From Thermoanaerobaculia bacterium (GTDB lineage: Bacteria; Acidobacteriota; Thermoanaerobaculia; Multivoradales; UBA5704): 64,000 bases of DNA. Position numbers and translations under genes: made by a program. Shown one piece after another: positions 34,838 through 43,263 of the stretch. The notes under the pieces are model-generated. The model was not told the origin of the DNA, made no database searches, and saw only the letters and a program-made list of their open reading frames with translations. Positions within the stretch are counted from its first letter, which is position 1. Each line of letters begins with the position of its first letter. Location of the stretch: contig JBDSHF010000028.1 in NCBI GenBank assembly GCA_039918595.1, positions 5,370 through 69,369 on the forward strand, in the 5' to 3' direction.

Positions 34838-35429
34838 GAGCACGGATCTTAAGAACTTCTGGCAAAGGCTCCAAGCGGGCGTCGAGGTGGCGGTGGCGGG
34901 CCACGCTTCGGACAAGCTTCTCGGGGTGCGCGACGGCTTCCTCCGCTTCTTCCACGACGGCATGGACCGCACGCTGTCGGTCGTCGTGGTGCCGCAGTCG
35001 GTGGAGGAGGAGCCGGTGGGTCTCCTGGTATCGGACGAAGAGGTGGTGCGCGAGGCCCGCAAGAAGGCGATCGGGCTCGAGGAGAGGCTGCGCGACACCT
35101 ACCATTTCTACATCTCCAGCGAGGGGGGCATCGAGTCTCTCGAGGTGGATGGCGGCCAACGTTACTTCGTACGCAACTGGACCGTCCTGCGCAGCCCACT
35201 GGGCGAGGCCTGGGGTTCCAGCGGCGCGGTGCAGCTACCGGATCGCCTGGTGTCAGGGCTCGACAGCGCCCAGATCCCCTTCGCCGTGCCGGGTACCCGG
35301 CGCAGCGGCGGCATCATGAGCTCGCTCACCGGCGGGCTGGAGACACGGCGCAAAAACATCGCCCTGTCCACCTTCCACGCGTTGTCGACACTCTTCTATG
35401 GGGTCCTGGAGAGCCGTCCCATCCGTTGA
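34836..35429 (+). CDS. DUF84/YjjX-family non-canonical purine NTP phosphatase (inosine/xanthosine triphosphatase-like).
   Basis: Blockwise similarity to YjjX: VEVAVAGHASDKLLGVRDGF, VPQSVEEEPVGLLVSDEEVVREARKKA and YHFYISSEGGIE. Its start codon overlaps the divergent TrmH start (CATG). Confidence 0.55.
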   Translation: MSTDLKNFWQRLQAGVEVAVAGHASDKLLGVRDGFLRFFHDGMDRTLSVVVVPQSVEEEPVGLLVSDEEVVREARKKAIGLEERLRDTYHFYISSEGGIESLEVDGGQRYFVRNWTVLRSPLGEAWGSSGAVQLPDRLVSGLDSAQIPFAVPGTRRSGGIMSSLTGGLETRRKNIALSTFHALSTLFYGVLESRPIR

Positions 35430-35527
35430 TGCCGGGTCGACGCGCGCGTTTGACCCATTTTTCACCAGTTGGTAGCATTCACGACAAGCCCCGTGTCTGA
35501 TCCGAACGTCACGCTAGAGGTGCGAAC

Positions 35528-36706
35528 ATGAGCGAACGAGATATCCACCTGTTCACGTCGGAGTCCGTGACCGAAGGTCATCCGGACAAAGTGGCCGACC
35601 AGATTTCCGATGCCGTCCTCGACGAGGTCCTGCGCCAGGATCCGCGAGGCCGTGTGGCGTGCGAGACCCTGGTGACCACCGGCACGGTCTTCCTCGCCGG
35701 CGAGATCACCACCAACGCCTACGTCGATTTTCCCGGTGTCGCCCGGCGGGTGGTGCGTGAGATCGGCTACACCCGGGCCGAGTTCGGCTTCGACTACGCC
35801 ACCTGCGGCGTGCTGTCGGCGATCGACCCGCAGTCGCCCGACATTGCCCAGGGGGTGGACACCGGCGGTGCCGGCGACCAGGGGCTGATGTTCGGCTTCG
35901 CCTGCCGCGAGACGCCCGAGCTGATGCCGCTGCCGATCGCCCTCGCCCACAAGCTGACCAACCGTCTCGCCAAGGCGCGCAAGTCGGGCGCCCTCCCCTG
36001 GCTGCGGCCGGACGGCAAGAGCCAGGTGACCATCGAGTACGAGGGGACCCTCCCGGTGCGGGCGCACACGGTGGTCATCTCGACGCAGCACGATCCCGAG
36101 GTCTCCAACGAGCAGATCCGCGACGAGGTGATCGAGCAGGTCATCAAGGTCGAGGTCCCGGCGGAGCTCCTGGACGAGCGGACGATCTACCACATCAATC
36201 CGACCGGCCGGTTCGTGATCGGCGGTCCGCAGGGGGACTGCGGCCTGACCGGCCGCAAGATCATCGTCGACACCTACGGCGGCTACGGCCGGCACGGTGG
36301 CGGTGCCTTCTCGGGGAAGGATCCGACAAAAGTCGACCGCTCGGCCTGCTACATGGCCCGGCACGTCGCCAAGAATCTGGTGGAGGCCGGGATCGCCGAG
36401 CGCGTCGAGGTGCAGCTCGCCTATGCGATCGGCGTCGTCGAGCCGGTGTCGATCCGGGTGGACTCCTTCGGCACGGGGGTGATCGGCGACCGCCAGATCG
36501 AGCGCCTGGTGCGCGAGCACTTCCCGCTTTCGCCGCGGGGCATCATCGAGGACCTCGACCTGCGCCGCCCGATCTACCAGCAGACGGCGGCCTATGGCCA
36601 CTTCGGCCGCAGCGGCAAGGACTTCCCCTGGGAGAGCACCCACCGGGCGGCCGACCTGCGCGCCGCGGCCGGTCTCGAAGGGGTCCCGCTGGCCGTTTCC
36701 GCCTGA
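35528..36706 (+). CDS. metK: S-adenosylmethionine synthetase.
   Basis: [46 protein letters not shown] and the rest of the MetK hallmark motifs. Confidence 0.95.
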   Translation: MSERDIHLFTSESVTEGHPDKVADQISDAVLDEVLRQDPRGRVACETLVTTGTVFLAGEITTNAYVDFPGVARRVVREIGYTRAEFGFDYATCGVLSAIDPQSPDIAQGVDTGGAGDQGLMFGFACRETPELMPLPIALAHKLTNRLAKARKSGALPWLRPDGKSQVTIEYEGTLPVRAHTVVISTQHDPEVSNEQIRDEVIEQVIKVEVPAELLDERTIYHINPTGRFVIGGPQGDCGLTGRKIIVDTYGGYGRHGGGAFSGKDPTKVDRSACYMARHVAKNLVEAGIAERVEVQLAYAIGVVEPVSIRVDSFGTGVIGDRQIERLVREHFPLSPRGIIEDLDLRRPIYQQTAAYGHFGRSGKDFPWESTHRAADLRAAAGLEGVPLAVSA

Positions 36707-36748
36707 CCTGGGCCGGCATTCGCGTCCCATTCCGGCACCGGTTTGTGA

Positions 36749-36780
36749 CGGCGGCCTCGCGGGGCCGCCGTTTCGTTTTC
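36749..36780 (+). terminator. Rho-independent terminator after metK.
   Basis: Stem cggcggcc/ggccgccg followed by tttcgttttc. Confidence 0.6.
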
Positions 36781-36895
36781 GCATCCTGATCGCCGTCCGG
36801 ATCGGGAGTCCTTTCCGGGACCCGATAGATTCCCGGTCCACTATGGACAGTGGGCGAACGGGGTGTTAGCCTAGCGGCTGTCGACGGCAAACAAC

Positions 36896-37447
36896 GTGGC
36901 TATGGCAACTCTTGACCATCCTGAACTGCGGGAATCGCTCAACATTCTGCTGAAGAGCTCCAGGCCACGCCTGGAGCGCGTTCTCAGGAACTTCGAGATT
37001 CCACCCGAAGACGCCGAGGACATTCTGCAGGATGCGCAACTGACTCTGCTCTACAAGTGGGACAAGATCCGCAGTCCCGAGAGCTGGTTGATCGGGACGG
37101 TCAAGAAGAAGTGCATCATGTACTGGCGCAAGCGCCGGGGGAGCCTCTGCGAGGCTGTGGATACGGCCATCCTCGACCTGCTCGCCGTCCCCCAGGCACC
37201 GGATCAGGAAAAGACCGAGCTGACGTACGACCTCAACCGGGTGATGTTGCGCCTGTCGACCCGCTGCCGCTCGCTGCTCAATTTGCGCTACGGTCTCGGC
37301 TACGGCCCGACCGAGGTCGCGGAGCAGATGGGCTACCGCACATCCAGCATCCGCAAGGTCACCAATCGCTGTCTCGCGGCTCTCACCCGGCAGCTCCTGG
37401 CGGTCGGGTTCGATCAGGAGCCGCAGGGGGAGCCCCACGATGAATAA
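36896..37447 (+). CDS. ECF-type RNA polymerase sigma factor (copy 1).
   Basis: Region 2 EDILQDAQLTLLYKW. Region 4 RCRSLLNLRYGLGYGPTEVAEQMGYRTSSIRKVTNRCLAAL. Confidence 0.85.
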   Translation: MAMATLDHPELRESLNILLKSSRPRLERVLRNFEIPPEDAEDILQDAQLTLLYKWDKIRSPESWLIGTVKKKCIMYWRKRRGSLCEAVDTAILDLLAVPQAPDQEKTELTYDLNRVMLRLSTRCRSLLNLRYGLGYGPTEVAEQMGYRTSSIRKVTNRCLAALTRQLLAVGFDQEPQGEPHDE

Positions 37448-38834
37448 GCACCCGCATCCGACGCTGCTCGCGCGGTTCGGCCGCGGCCGGCTGCAGCGCC
37501 ACCGGAACCGTGAGGTCGTACGGCACCTCCTCACCGACTGCGACGACTGCCGTCGCGTCACCTCCCATCTCCTTCCCACGGCTGATGTGTCGGCTCGCCT
37601 GGAGGAGGAGAGCGCTCCTCTGTCCGTCGACATGCCGGGCGCCGCCCAAGGTGATATGCCGGCGATCGAGTACGGCTCGGCCTTCGAGCGTTCCTGGCGC
37701 GAGGTCAAGCGGCTGCAGATCACCCTGGCGGCCGAGCGTTCGGAGGCTTTCGAGCTGATGCGCGAGCTGCTGACCCAGCCGTTCGAGCGCCAGTGGGAGA
37801 GCGTGACCGACGCCTCGCGGCAACCCACCTGGGCTTTTTGCGATCTGCTTCTGGATACCGCCCGGGAATGGGGCTTCCAGGAGCCGGGCCGGGCGCTGGA
37901 GCTGTCGCGGCTCGGCGTCGAGGTGGCGCAACGCCTCGATGGAGCGGCCTATGGCGAGTCGCGCGTCCACGACCTCGTCGCGCGCGCCTGGGCGGGCCTG
38001 GGCAACGCGCAGCGCATCCGGTCGGACTTTCCCGCAGCGGAGAAGAGCTTCGCCCGCGCCGAGCGGCTGCTCAAGAACGGCACCGGCGACCCGGTGGAGA
38101 AGGCCCAGGTGCTCCTGCTCAAGGCCTCGTTGCGCGGCAATCAGCAGCGCTTCCGCGAAGCCTTTCTGCTACTCGATCGGGTGATGTCGCTCGGCGACCA
38201 GTGCGACGATTCGCACCTGTGCGGCAAGGCGCTGATCATGCGCGGCTTCTTCCTCGGGCTCGCCAACGACCCGGAGGCCGCCATCCGTCATCTGACGGAA
38301 GGGCTGGAGAAGGTCGATCCCGCGGCCGATCCGCGCTTGGTGATCGTGGCTCAGCACAACCTGACCCTGTACCTGGCCGAGGGGGGCCGGTACTGCGAGG
38401 CCGTGCGGCTGCTCGAGAGCGCACGGCCGCTCTATTATCAGATCGGCGACCAGATGAGTCTCCTGCGCCTGCGCTGGCTGGAGGGGAAGATCGCCAGCGC
38501 CCTGGGGCACTTCACGGAAGCGGAGGAGTTCCTGCGCGGCGTGCAGAAAGAGCTGATCGAGCGCGAGCTCGGCTACGACGCCGCCCTGCTCTCCCTGGAT
38601 CTGGCCACCATCTACGCCCGCCAGGGACGGAGCGCCGAGATGCGGCGCCTGGCCGAGGAGATGCTCCCCATCTTCAAGTCGCAGGATATCCATCGGGAGG
38701 CCATCGCCGCGCTGTTCGTCTTCCAGAAGGCGGCGGAGATGGAGCGCGTCACCCTGGGGCTGATCCGGGACGTGACCGGCTATCTCAAAGAATCCCGCGC
38801 CACCTGGAGCCTCCGCTCCAGGGAATCCCGCTGA
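37440..38834 (+). CDS. ZAS (HxxxCxxC)-TPR anti-sigma-like protein (copy 1); overlaps the sigma gene by 8 nt.
   Basis: N-terminal RHLLTDCDDCRRV. KVDPAADPRLVIVAQHN. C-terminal PIFKSQDIHREAIAALFVF. Confidence 0.85.
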   Translation: MNKHPHPTLLARFGRGRLQRHRNREVVRHLLTDCDDCRRVTSHLLPTADVSARLEEESAPLSVDMPGAAQGDMPAIEYGSAFERSWREVKRLQITLAAERSEAFELMRELLTQPFERQWESVTDASRQPTWAFCDLLLDTAREWGFQEPGRALELSRLGVEVAQRLDGAAYGESRVHDLVARAWAGLGNAQRIRSDFPAAEKSFARAERLLKNGTGDPVEKAQVLLLKASLRGNQQRFREAFLLLDRVMSLGDQCDDSHLCGKALIMRGFFLGLANDPEAAIRHLTEGLEKVDPAADPRLVIVAQHNLTLYLAEGGRYCEAVRLLESARPLYYQIGDQMSLLRLRWLEGKIASALGHFTEAEEFLRGVQKELIERELGYDAALLSLDLATIYARQGRSAEMRRLAEEMLPIFKSQDIHREAIAALFVFQKAAEMERVTLGLIRDVTGYLKESRATWSLRSRESR

Positions 38835-38950
38835 GATCCTCTTCCTTCGCTCGGGAGGCGCGGAGCCTCCCCTCATCGATCTTCTCCCGCCGCTGGACAA
38901 GCTGTGGAAGGGGCTGATACGCTGAGATATTCGGTACACTTAGGCACTAG

Positions 38951-39478
38951 ATGAATTCTTCGGTCCCACCCGATCTGGCGGAGCCTTCCTTCGAGGAGAT
39001 CCTCGCGCGGGCCGAGCCCAGGCTCAAGCGGGTCTTGAGCCGCTATCAAATTCCCGCCCAGGACGCCGACGACCTGCTGCAGGAGACCTTCCTGATCATG
39101 GTCTCCAAAGCGGGGAGCATCCGGAACTACGATGCCTGGCTCGTGGGGACCCTCGCTAATCGCTGCATCATCTACTGGCGGAAGCACCGTTCGAAGCTCT
39201 GGGACCTGGTCGACTCCGCCATTCTCGAGCTGCTGGCCGACGTCGAGGCTCCCCCCCAGGAGAACGCCGATCTGCGGTATGACCTCGACTCCCTGCTTTC
39301 CAACTTGCCGGACCGTTGCCGCTCCCTGCTCCGCCTTCGCTATGGATTCGGCTGCAGCACTGCCGAGACGGCGGAGCGGATGGGCTATTGCAAGTCGAGC
39401 ATCCGGAAGGTGACCCGCCGCTGCCTGGCGGCGTTGACCGAGCAGCTCCTCGGGGCCGGCTTCCAGCCCGATCCCTGA
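38951..39478 (+). CDS. ECF-type sigma factor (copy 2); no cognate ZAS-TPR gene follows.
   Basis: DDLLQETFLIMVSK and RCRSLLRLRYGFGCSTAETAERMGYCKSSIRKVTRRCLAAL. Followed by a hairpin terminator at 39500-39545. Confidence 0.85.
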   Translation: MNSSVPPDLAEPSFEEILARAEPRLKRVLSRYQIPAQDADDLLQETFLIMVSKAGSIRNYDAWLVGTLANRCIIYWRKHRSKLWDLVDSAILELLADVEAPPQENADLRYDLDSLLSNLPDRCRSLLRLRYGFGCSTAETAERMGYCKSSIRKVTRRCLAALTEQLLGAGFQPDP

Positions 39479-39499
39479 CCCCCGATCCCCTCAGCCGGT

Positions 39500-39545
39500 C
39501 CCTCCGGATGCCGTGCGGCATCCGGAGGGAACCCGTTCTTCTTCT
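39500..39545 (+). terminator. Hairpin ccctccggatgc/gcatccggaggg plus a T-rich tail after ECF sigma 2.
   Basis: 12-bp perfect stem with a 4-6 nt loop, followed by ttcttcttctcc. Confidence 0.5.
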
Positions 39546-39644
39546 CCTGTGTCCTCTGAGACGACCCTGCGGTAACTCTACTTCAGAGCGCACACATGCC
39601 TATGGCTATTCGGCCACACAGGCGATTAGGAAAAGGAGATCGTC

Positions 39645-39866
39645 ATGGTTCATCCGAAGCTTCGCCACGTCCTCGCCGCCTCGGCACTGGTAGCTGCCGT
39701 TTCGCTGGTCCCGGTCGCCAGCGCCAATGCCGCCGTCCACGAACGGGCGCACCGGATCTCCGCCGCCGCTTCCCGGGTCGAGGCCGGGGCTTCGTGGCTG
39801 CGGGATCTGGTGAACCATGTCCTGGTGAAGGTCGGAGTGAGGATCGACCCCGACGGAGATCACTGA
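39645..39866 (+). CDS. Small secreted protein (73 aa; mature ~44 aa) ending RIDPDGDH.
   Basis: RBS aaaaggag. Signal peptide ...LVPVASANA-AV (AXA cleavage). The C-terminal (I/L)DP(N/D)G motif is shared with the island ORFs at 2692 and 6233. Confidence 0.5.
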   Translation: MVHPKLRHVLAASALVAAVSLVPVASANAAVHERAHRISAAASRVEAGASWLRDLVNHVLVKVGVRIDPDGDH

Positions 39867-39980
39867 CGCCCACGGCGAGGTACGGCAAAAACGCGCGGCG
39901 GGAAGGGTTTTTGGCTGGACACTGTTCCGGTATGGTGTTAGTGTGTCACGAAGTTTAGAATAGACGTTCAACCGCATAAG

Positions 39981-40511
39981 ATGAGTGCACTGGACCACCC
40001 CCAAGTCGAGTCGTCGCTTGAGGGCTTTCTCGAGAAGGTCCGGCCCCGTCTGAAGTCGCTGTTCGCCCACTACCGGATCCCGCCACAGGACACGGAGGAC
40101 ATTTTGCAGCAGGCGCTGCTGGCCCTGATCTATCACCGCGAGGGGATCCGGGACTCGGAAGCGTGGCTGCTGGGAACCCTCCGCAACAAGTGTCTCCTGT
40201 ACTGGCGGGAGCGGCGGCGCAAGCTCTATGACGCCGTCGACGCCGCGGTTCTCGAGGCGATGGCCGAGCCGATCGAGCCCGCCCAGGAGGGGGCGGACCT
40301 CCATCGGGATCTGACCACCGCTCTCGAGCACCTGCCGGAGCGCTGCCGGTCGTTGCTCTGGCTGCGGTACCGCCAGGGGTACGATCCGCCGGAGGTTGCG
40401 GTGCGGCTGGGCTACAGCCCGGCGAGCATCAGCAAGGTCACCACGAGGTGCCTCGCCGCGCTGACGCGGCAGCTGGTCACCGCTGGGATCTACCGGAGGA
40501 AAGCGGAATGA
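39981..40511 (+). CDS. ECF-type sigma factor (copy 3).
   Basis: EDILQQALLALIYH and RCRSLLWLRYRQGYDPPEVAVRLGYSPASISKVTTRCLAAL. Confidence 0.85.
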   Translation: MSALDHPQVESSLEGFLEKVRPRLKSLFAHYRIPPQDTEDILQQALLALIYHREGIRDSEAWLLGTLRNKCLLYWRERRRKLYDAVDAAVLEAMAEPIEPAQEGADLHRDLTTALEHLPERCRSLLWLRYRQGYDPPEVAVRLGYSPASISKVTTRCLAALTRQLVTAGIYRRKAE

Positions 40512-41887
40512 CCGGCCCTCATCCGACAGCCGGCGCGCTCGAGCAGTTCGTGCTCGGGCAGCTCGCCCCGGCGGAGATGCGCGAGGTCGCCCGTCACCTG
40601 CTCACCGGCTGCCTGTTCTGCCAGGAGATCACCGCCAACCTCTGGGAGCCCGCCGATATCTTCGAGGACCCGCAGACGCTCGCCACGGTTGAGCTCGGGG
40701 CCATGGACGCCCGGGACAGCTACGACGCGATCCTCGACCGGGTTTTCGAGAAGGTCGTCGCCACCGAGTCCCTGCTTGCGGAGCAGCGATCGCTGGGGCG
40801 CAAGCTCTACGAGGAGCTGCTGCAGTGTCCGGCGGAGCGCCGGCAGTTGCTGCTGGTCAACAGCCAGCGCTTCCGCAACCGGATGCTCTGCGAGCGGCTC
40901 GTCGAGAGCAGCTACGAGGCCTGCTTCGAGGAACCCCGCCGCGCGATCGAGATGGCCCAGCTGGCGGTTTCGTCCGCGGACCGTCTGACCGTGGAGGATT
41001 GCGGTGGGGAAGAGGCGCTCGCCGGGCTGCGAGCCCGGGCCTGGGCCCATCTCGGCAACGCTTTCCGGACCAACTTCGACCTCGCGAGCTCCGAGGGCGC
41101 GTTCGCGGTCGTCGAGACCCTGCTCGACGAGAGCCGCATCACCCTGTTCGAGAAGGCGAAGGTGCTCTCCTTTCTGGCCTCCTGGCGAAAGGCGCAGCAG
41201 CGGTTCGGCGAGGCCCTCCAGATCTTCGACCGCGTCGCCGCGATCTACAAGAAGCTTGGGCAGTGGAACCTCCTCGGCCGTACGCTCCTCCAGAAGGCGC
41301 TGGTCTGCGGCGAAGCGGGCGACGGCGAGGGGGAAATGACGCTGCTGCGGCGGGCCCTCGATCTGATCGATCCGCAGGCCGATCCCCGCGTCTTCCTGGC
41401 CGCCCGTCACAACCTGATCAACGCCCTCTATGAGAGCGGCCGGGTGCGCGAGGCGTTCGCCTTGCTGTACCACACGCGCCCTCTCTACCTGAAGGCTGGC
41501 GACCGCATGAACCTGCTGAAGCTCCGCTGGCTCGAGGGGCTGGTGGCTTTCGGCCTGCACCGTATCGAGCAGGCCGAGGCGGCGTTCCGCGAGGTCCGCG
41601 ATTCTTTTCTCGAGCTCGGCCTCGACTATGACGCCGCGCTGGCCTCCCTCGACCTTGCCGGCGTGTACATCGTGCAGGGGCGCTCCGCCGACGTGAGCCG
41701 CGTCGCCGAGGAGACCCTGGCGATCTTCCACTCCTATAACACCCACCGCGAGGCGATGGCGGCGCTCCTGGTCTTCTGCGGCACCGCCCGCTTGAATCAG
41801 GCGCGCATCGAGCTCGTCCGCGAGGTCTCCAGTTTTCTCAAACGGGTGCGCAACAACCCGGATCTCCGCTTCCCTCAGCCTTCCTGA
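40508..41887 (+). CDS. ZAS-TPR anti-sigma-like protein (copy 3); its ATG overlaps the sigma stop (ATGA).
   Basis: ARHLLTGCLFCQEI. LIDPQADPRVFLAARHN. C-terminal AIFHSYNTHREAMAALLVF. Start trimmed from the 40448 ORF. Confidence 0.85.
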   Translation: MTGPHPTAGALEQFVLGQLAPAEMREVARHLLTGCLFCQEITANLWEPADIFEDPQTLATVELGAMDARDSYDAILDRVFEKVVATESLLAEQRSLGRKLYEELLQCPAERRQLLLVNSQRFRNRMLCERLVESSYEACFEEPRRAIEMAQLAVSSADRLTVEDCGGEEALAGLRARAWAHLGNAFRTNFDLASSEGAFAVVETLLDESRITLFEKAKVLSFLASWRKAQQRFGEALQIFDRVAAIYKKLGQWNLLGRTLLQKALVCGEAGDGEGEMTLLRRALDLIDPQADPRVFLAARHNLINALYESGRVREAFALLYHTRPLYLKAGDRMNLLKLRWLEGLVAFGLHRIEQAEAAFREVRDSFLELGLDYDAALASLDLAGVYIVQGRSADVSRVAEETLAIFHSYNTHREAMAALLVFCGTARLNQARIELVREVSSFLKRVRNNPDLRFPQPS

Positions 41888-41936
41888 GCTGCCCGTCCGG
41901 CAGCGCGTGTCGTTTTGTTGCGGCCGTTCTGCTAAA

Positions 41937-43247
41937 ATGTTGTCAGTGCATAATTCTGACGAGCACTCACGATTTCTGCGGGGTGAGCTGAACACCGGAG
42001 AGAACCGCCGGGTCGTTCGCCATTTGCTGGCCCGGCGGGGGAGCCGGCAGCCGCCCTCGGGCGCATGCTCGGCGGCGGCCGATTACAGCCAGGCGTTCGG
42101 CGGCCTCGTCTCCCATCTGGCGGATCACACCCGGACGCTCGCGCGCGAGCGACAGCGTCTCCCCGGGTTGATTGAACTCCTGCGCGACCTGCCGCCCTCC
42201 GCTTGGCACGACCTTTTAGGCTCCGATCCGTCGTTCCACAACTGGCCGTTCGGCGAGTGGCTGATCGAGGAGAGCCGTAATCTCGCCGACTCCGATCCGG
42301 GCCGCGCCGGAGAGCTGGCGACCGACGCCCTGCTGATCATGGAGGCGCTGATCCCCGGAACCTATGGGACCGCTCTCATCGAAGACTTCAAGGCACGGGC
42401 GTGGGCGGCCAGGGGCGAGGCGCTACGGCGGCTCTCCGACTTGCGCGGGGCCGAGGATGCATTCGCCAGCGCCGAAGAGTGCCTCCTCGAGGGGACGGAA
42501 GATCCCCTGGAAGAGGCTCGGATTCTCGAGCTCAAGGCGGCGCTATATCGCGATCAGCGGCGGGTGGAGAAGGCGCATCTCCTGCTCGACGACGTCATCG
42601 CCATCTACCGGCAGTACCGCGATCCCCATCTCCTGGGCCGGGCTTTCATTCAGAAGGGGCGTGTCGAGGGAAAAGTGAACGCCCTGGAGCCGGCGATCCG
42701 GTGGCTGCGCAAGGGGCTCGGACTGATCGATCCGGCGCGCGAGCGGTCCCTCGACCTCTCGGCCCGGCACAGCCTCATGCTCTACCTGAACGAGAGCGGC
42801 CGCCCCCGGGAGGCCCGCTTCCTGCTCAAGGCTTCGGGACTCGATTTCCTGCGGCACGGCAACCCCCTGCTGAACCTCCGGCTCCGCTGGCTCGAAGGCA
42901 AGATCTACGACTCCCTCGGCTTCCTGGGAGAAGCGGAGAAGGCGCTGATCGACGCCCGCCAGGGGTTCGCCGACCTCGGGGTCGGCTTCAGCGCCGCCGC
43001 CGTCTCCCTGGACCTCGCCGGCCTCTACGCGGTCCATGGACGCGCCGCGGAGCTGAGGAGCCTTGCCGAAGAGATGCTGCCGATCTTCCAGTCGCGCGAC
43101 CTTCAGCAGGAGACGATCGCCGCCCTCCTGGCGTTCCAGCAGGCGGCGCGGATGGAGAGGATGATTGAGACGAAGATAAACGCCGAGATCCTGGCCTGTC
43201 TCGACCGCGCCCGCCAGGATCCGAAGCTTCGCCTCGAGCCCCTCTGA
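41937..43247 (+). CDS. Orphan ZAS-TPR paralog with a degenerate ZAS motif (Cys ligands lost).
   Basis: NRRVVRHLLARRGSRQP aligns to NREVVRHLLTDCDDCRRV, with C replaced by R/G/S. The LIDPARERSLDLSARHS and C-terminal blocks are conserved. No sigma gene precedes it. Confidence 0.8.
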   Translation: MLSVHNSDEHSRFLRGELNTGENRRVVRHLLARRGSRQPPSGACSAAADYSQAFGGLVSHLADHTRTLARERQRLPGLIELLRDLPPSAWHDLLGSDPSFHNWPFGEWLIEESRNLADSDPGRAGELATDALLIMEALIPGTYGTALIEDFKARAWAARGEALRRLSDLRGAEDAFASAEECLLEGTEDPLEEARILELKAALYRDQRRVEKAHLLLDDVIAIYRQYRDPHLLGRAFIQKGRVEGKVNALEPAIRWLRKGLGLIDPARERSLDLSARHSLMLYLNESGRPREARFLLKASGLDFLRHGNPLLNLRLRWLEGKIYDSLGFLGEAEKALIDARQGFADLGVGFSAAAVSLDLAGLYAVHGRAAELRSLAEEMLPIFQSRDLQQETIAALLAFQQAARMERMIETKINAEILACLDRARQDPKLRLEPL

Positions 43248-43263
43248 ATCCGCCGCTTCCGCC

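Noticed and set aside
35430-35527. Possible SAM riboswitch upstream of metK
   Set aside because: The intergenic region is only ~100 nt. It lacks the conserved S-box/SAM-II helices on inspection and is too short for aptamer plus expression platform.
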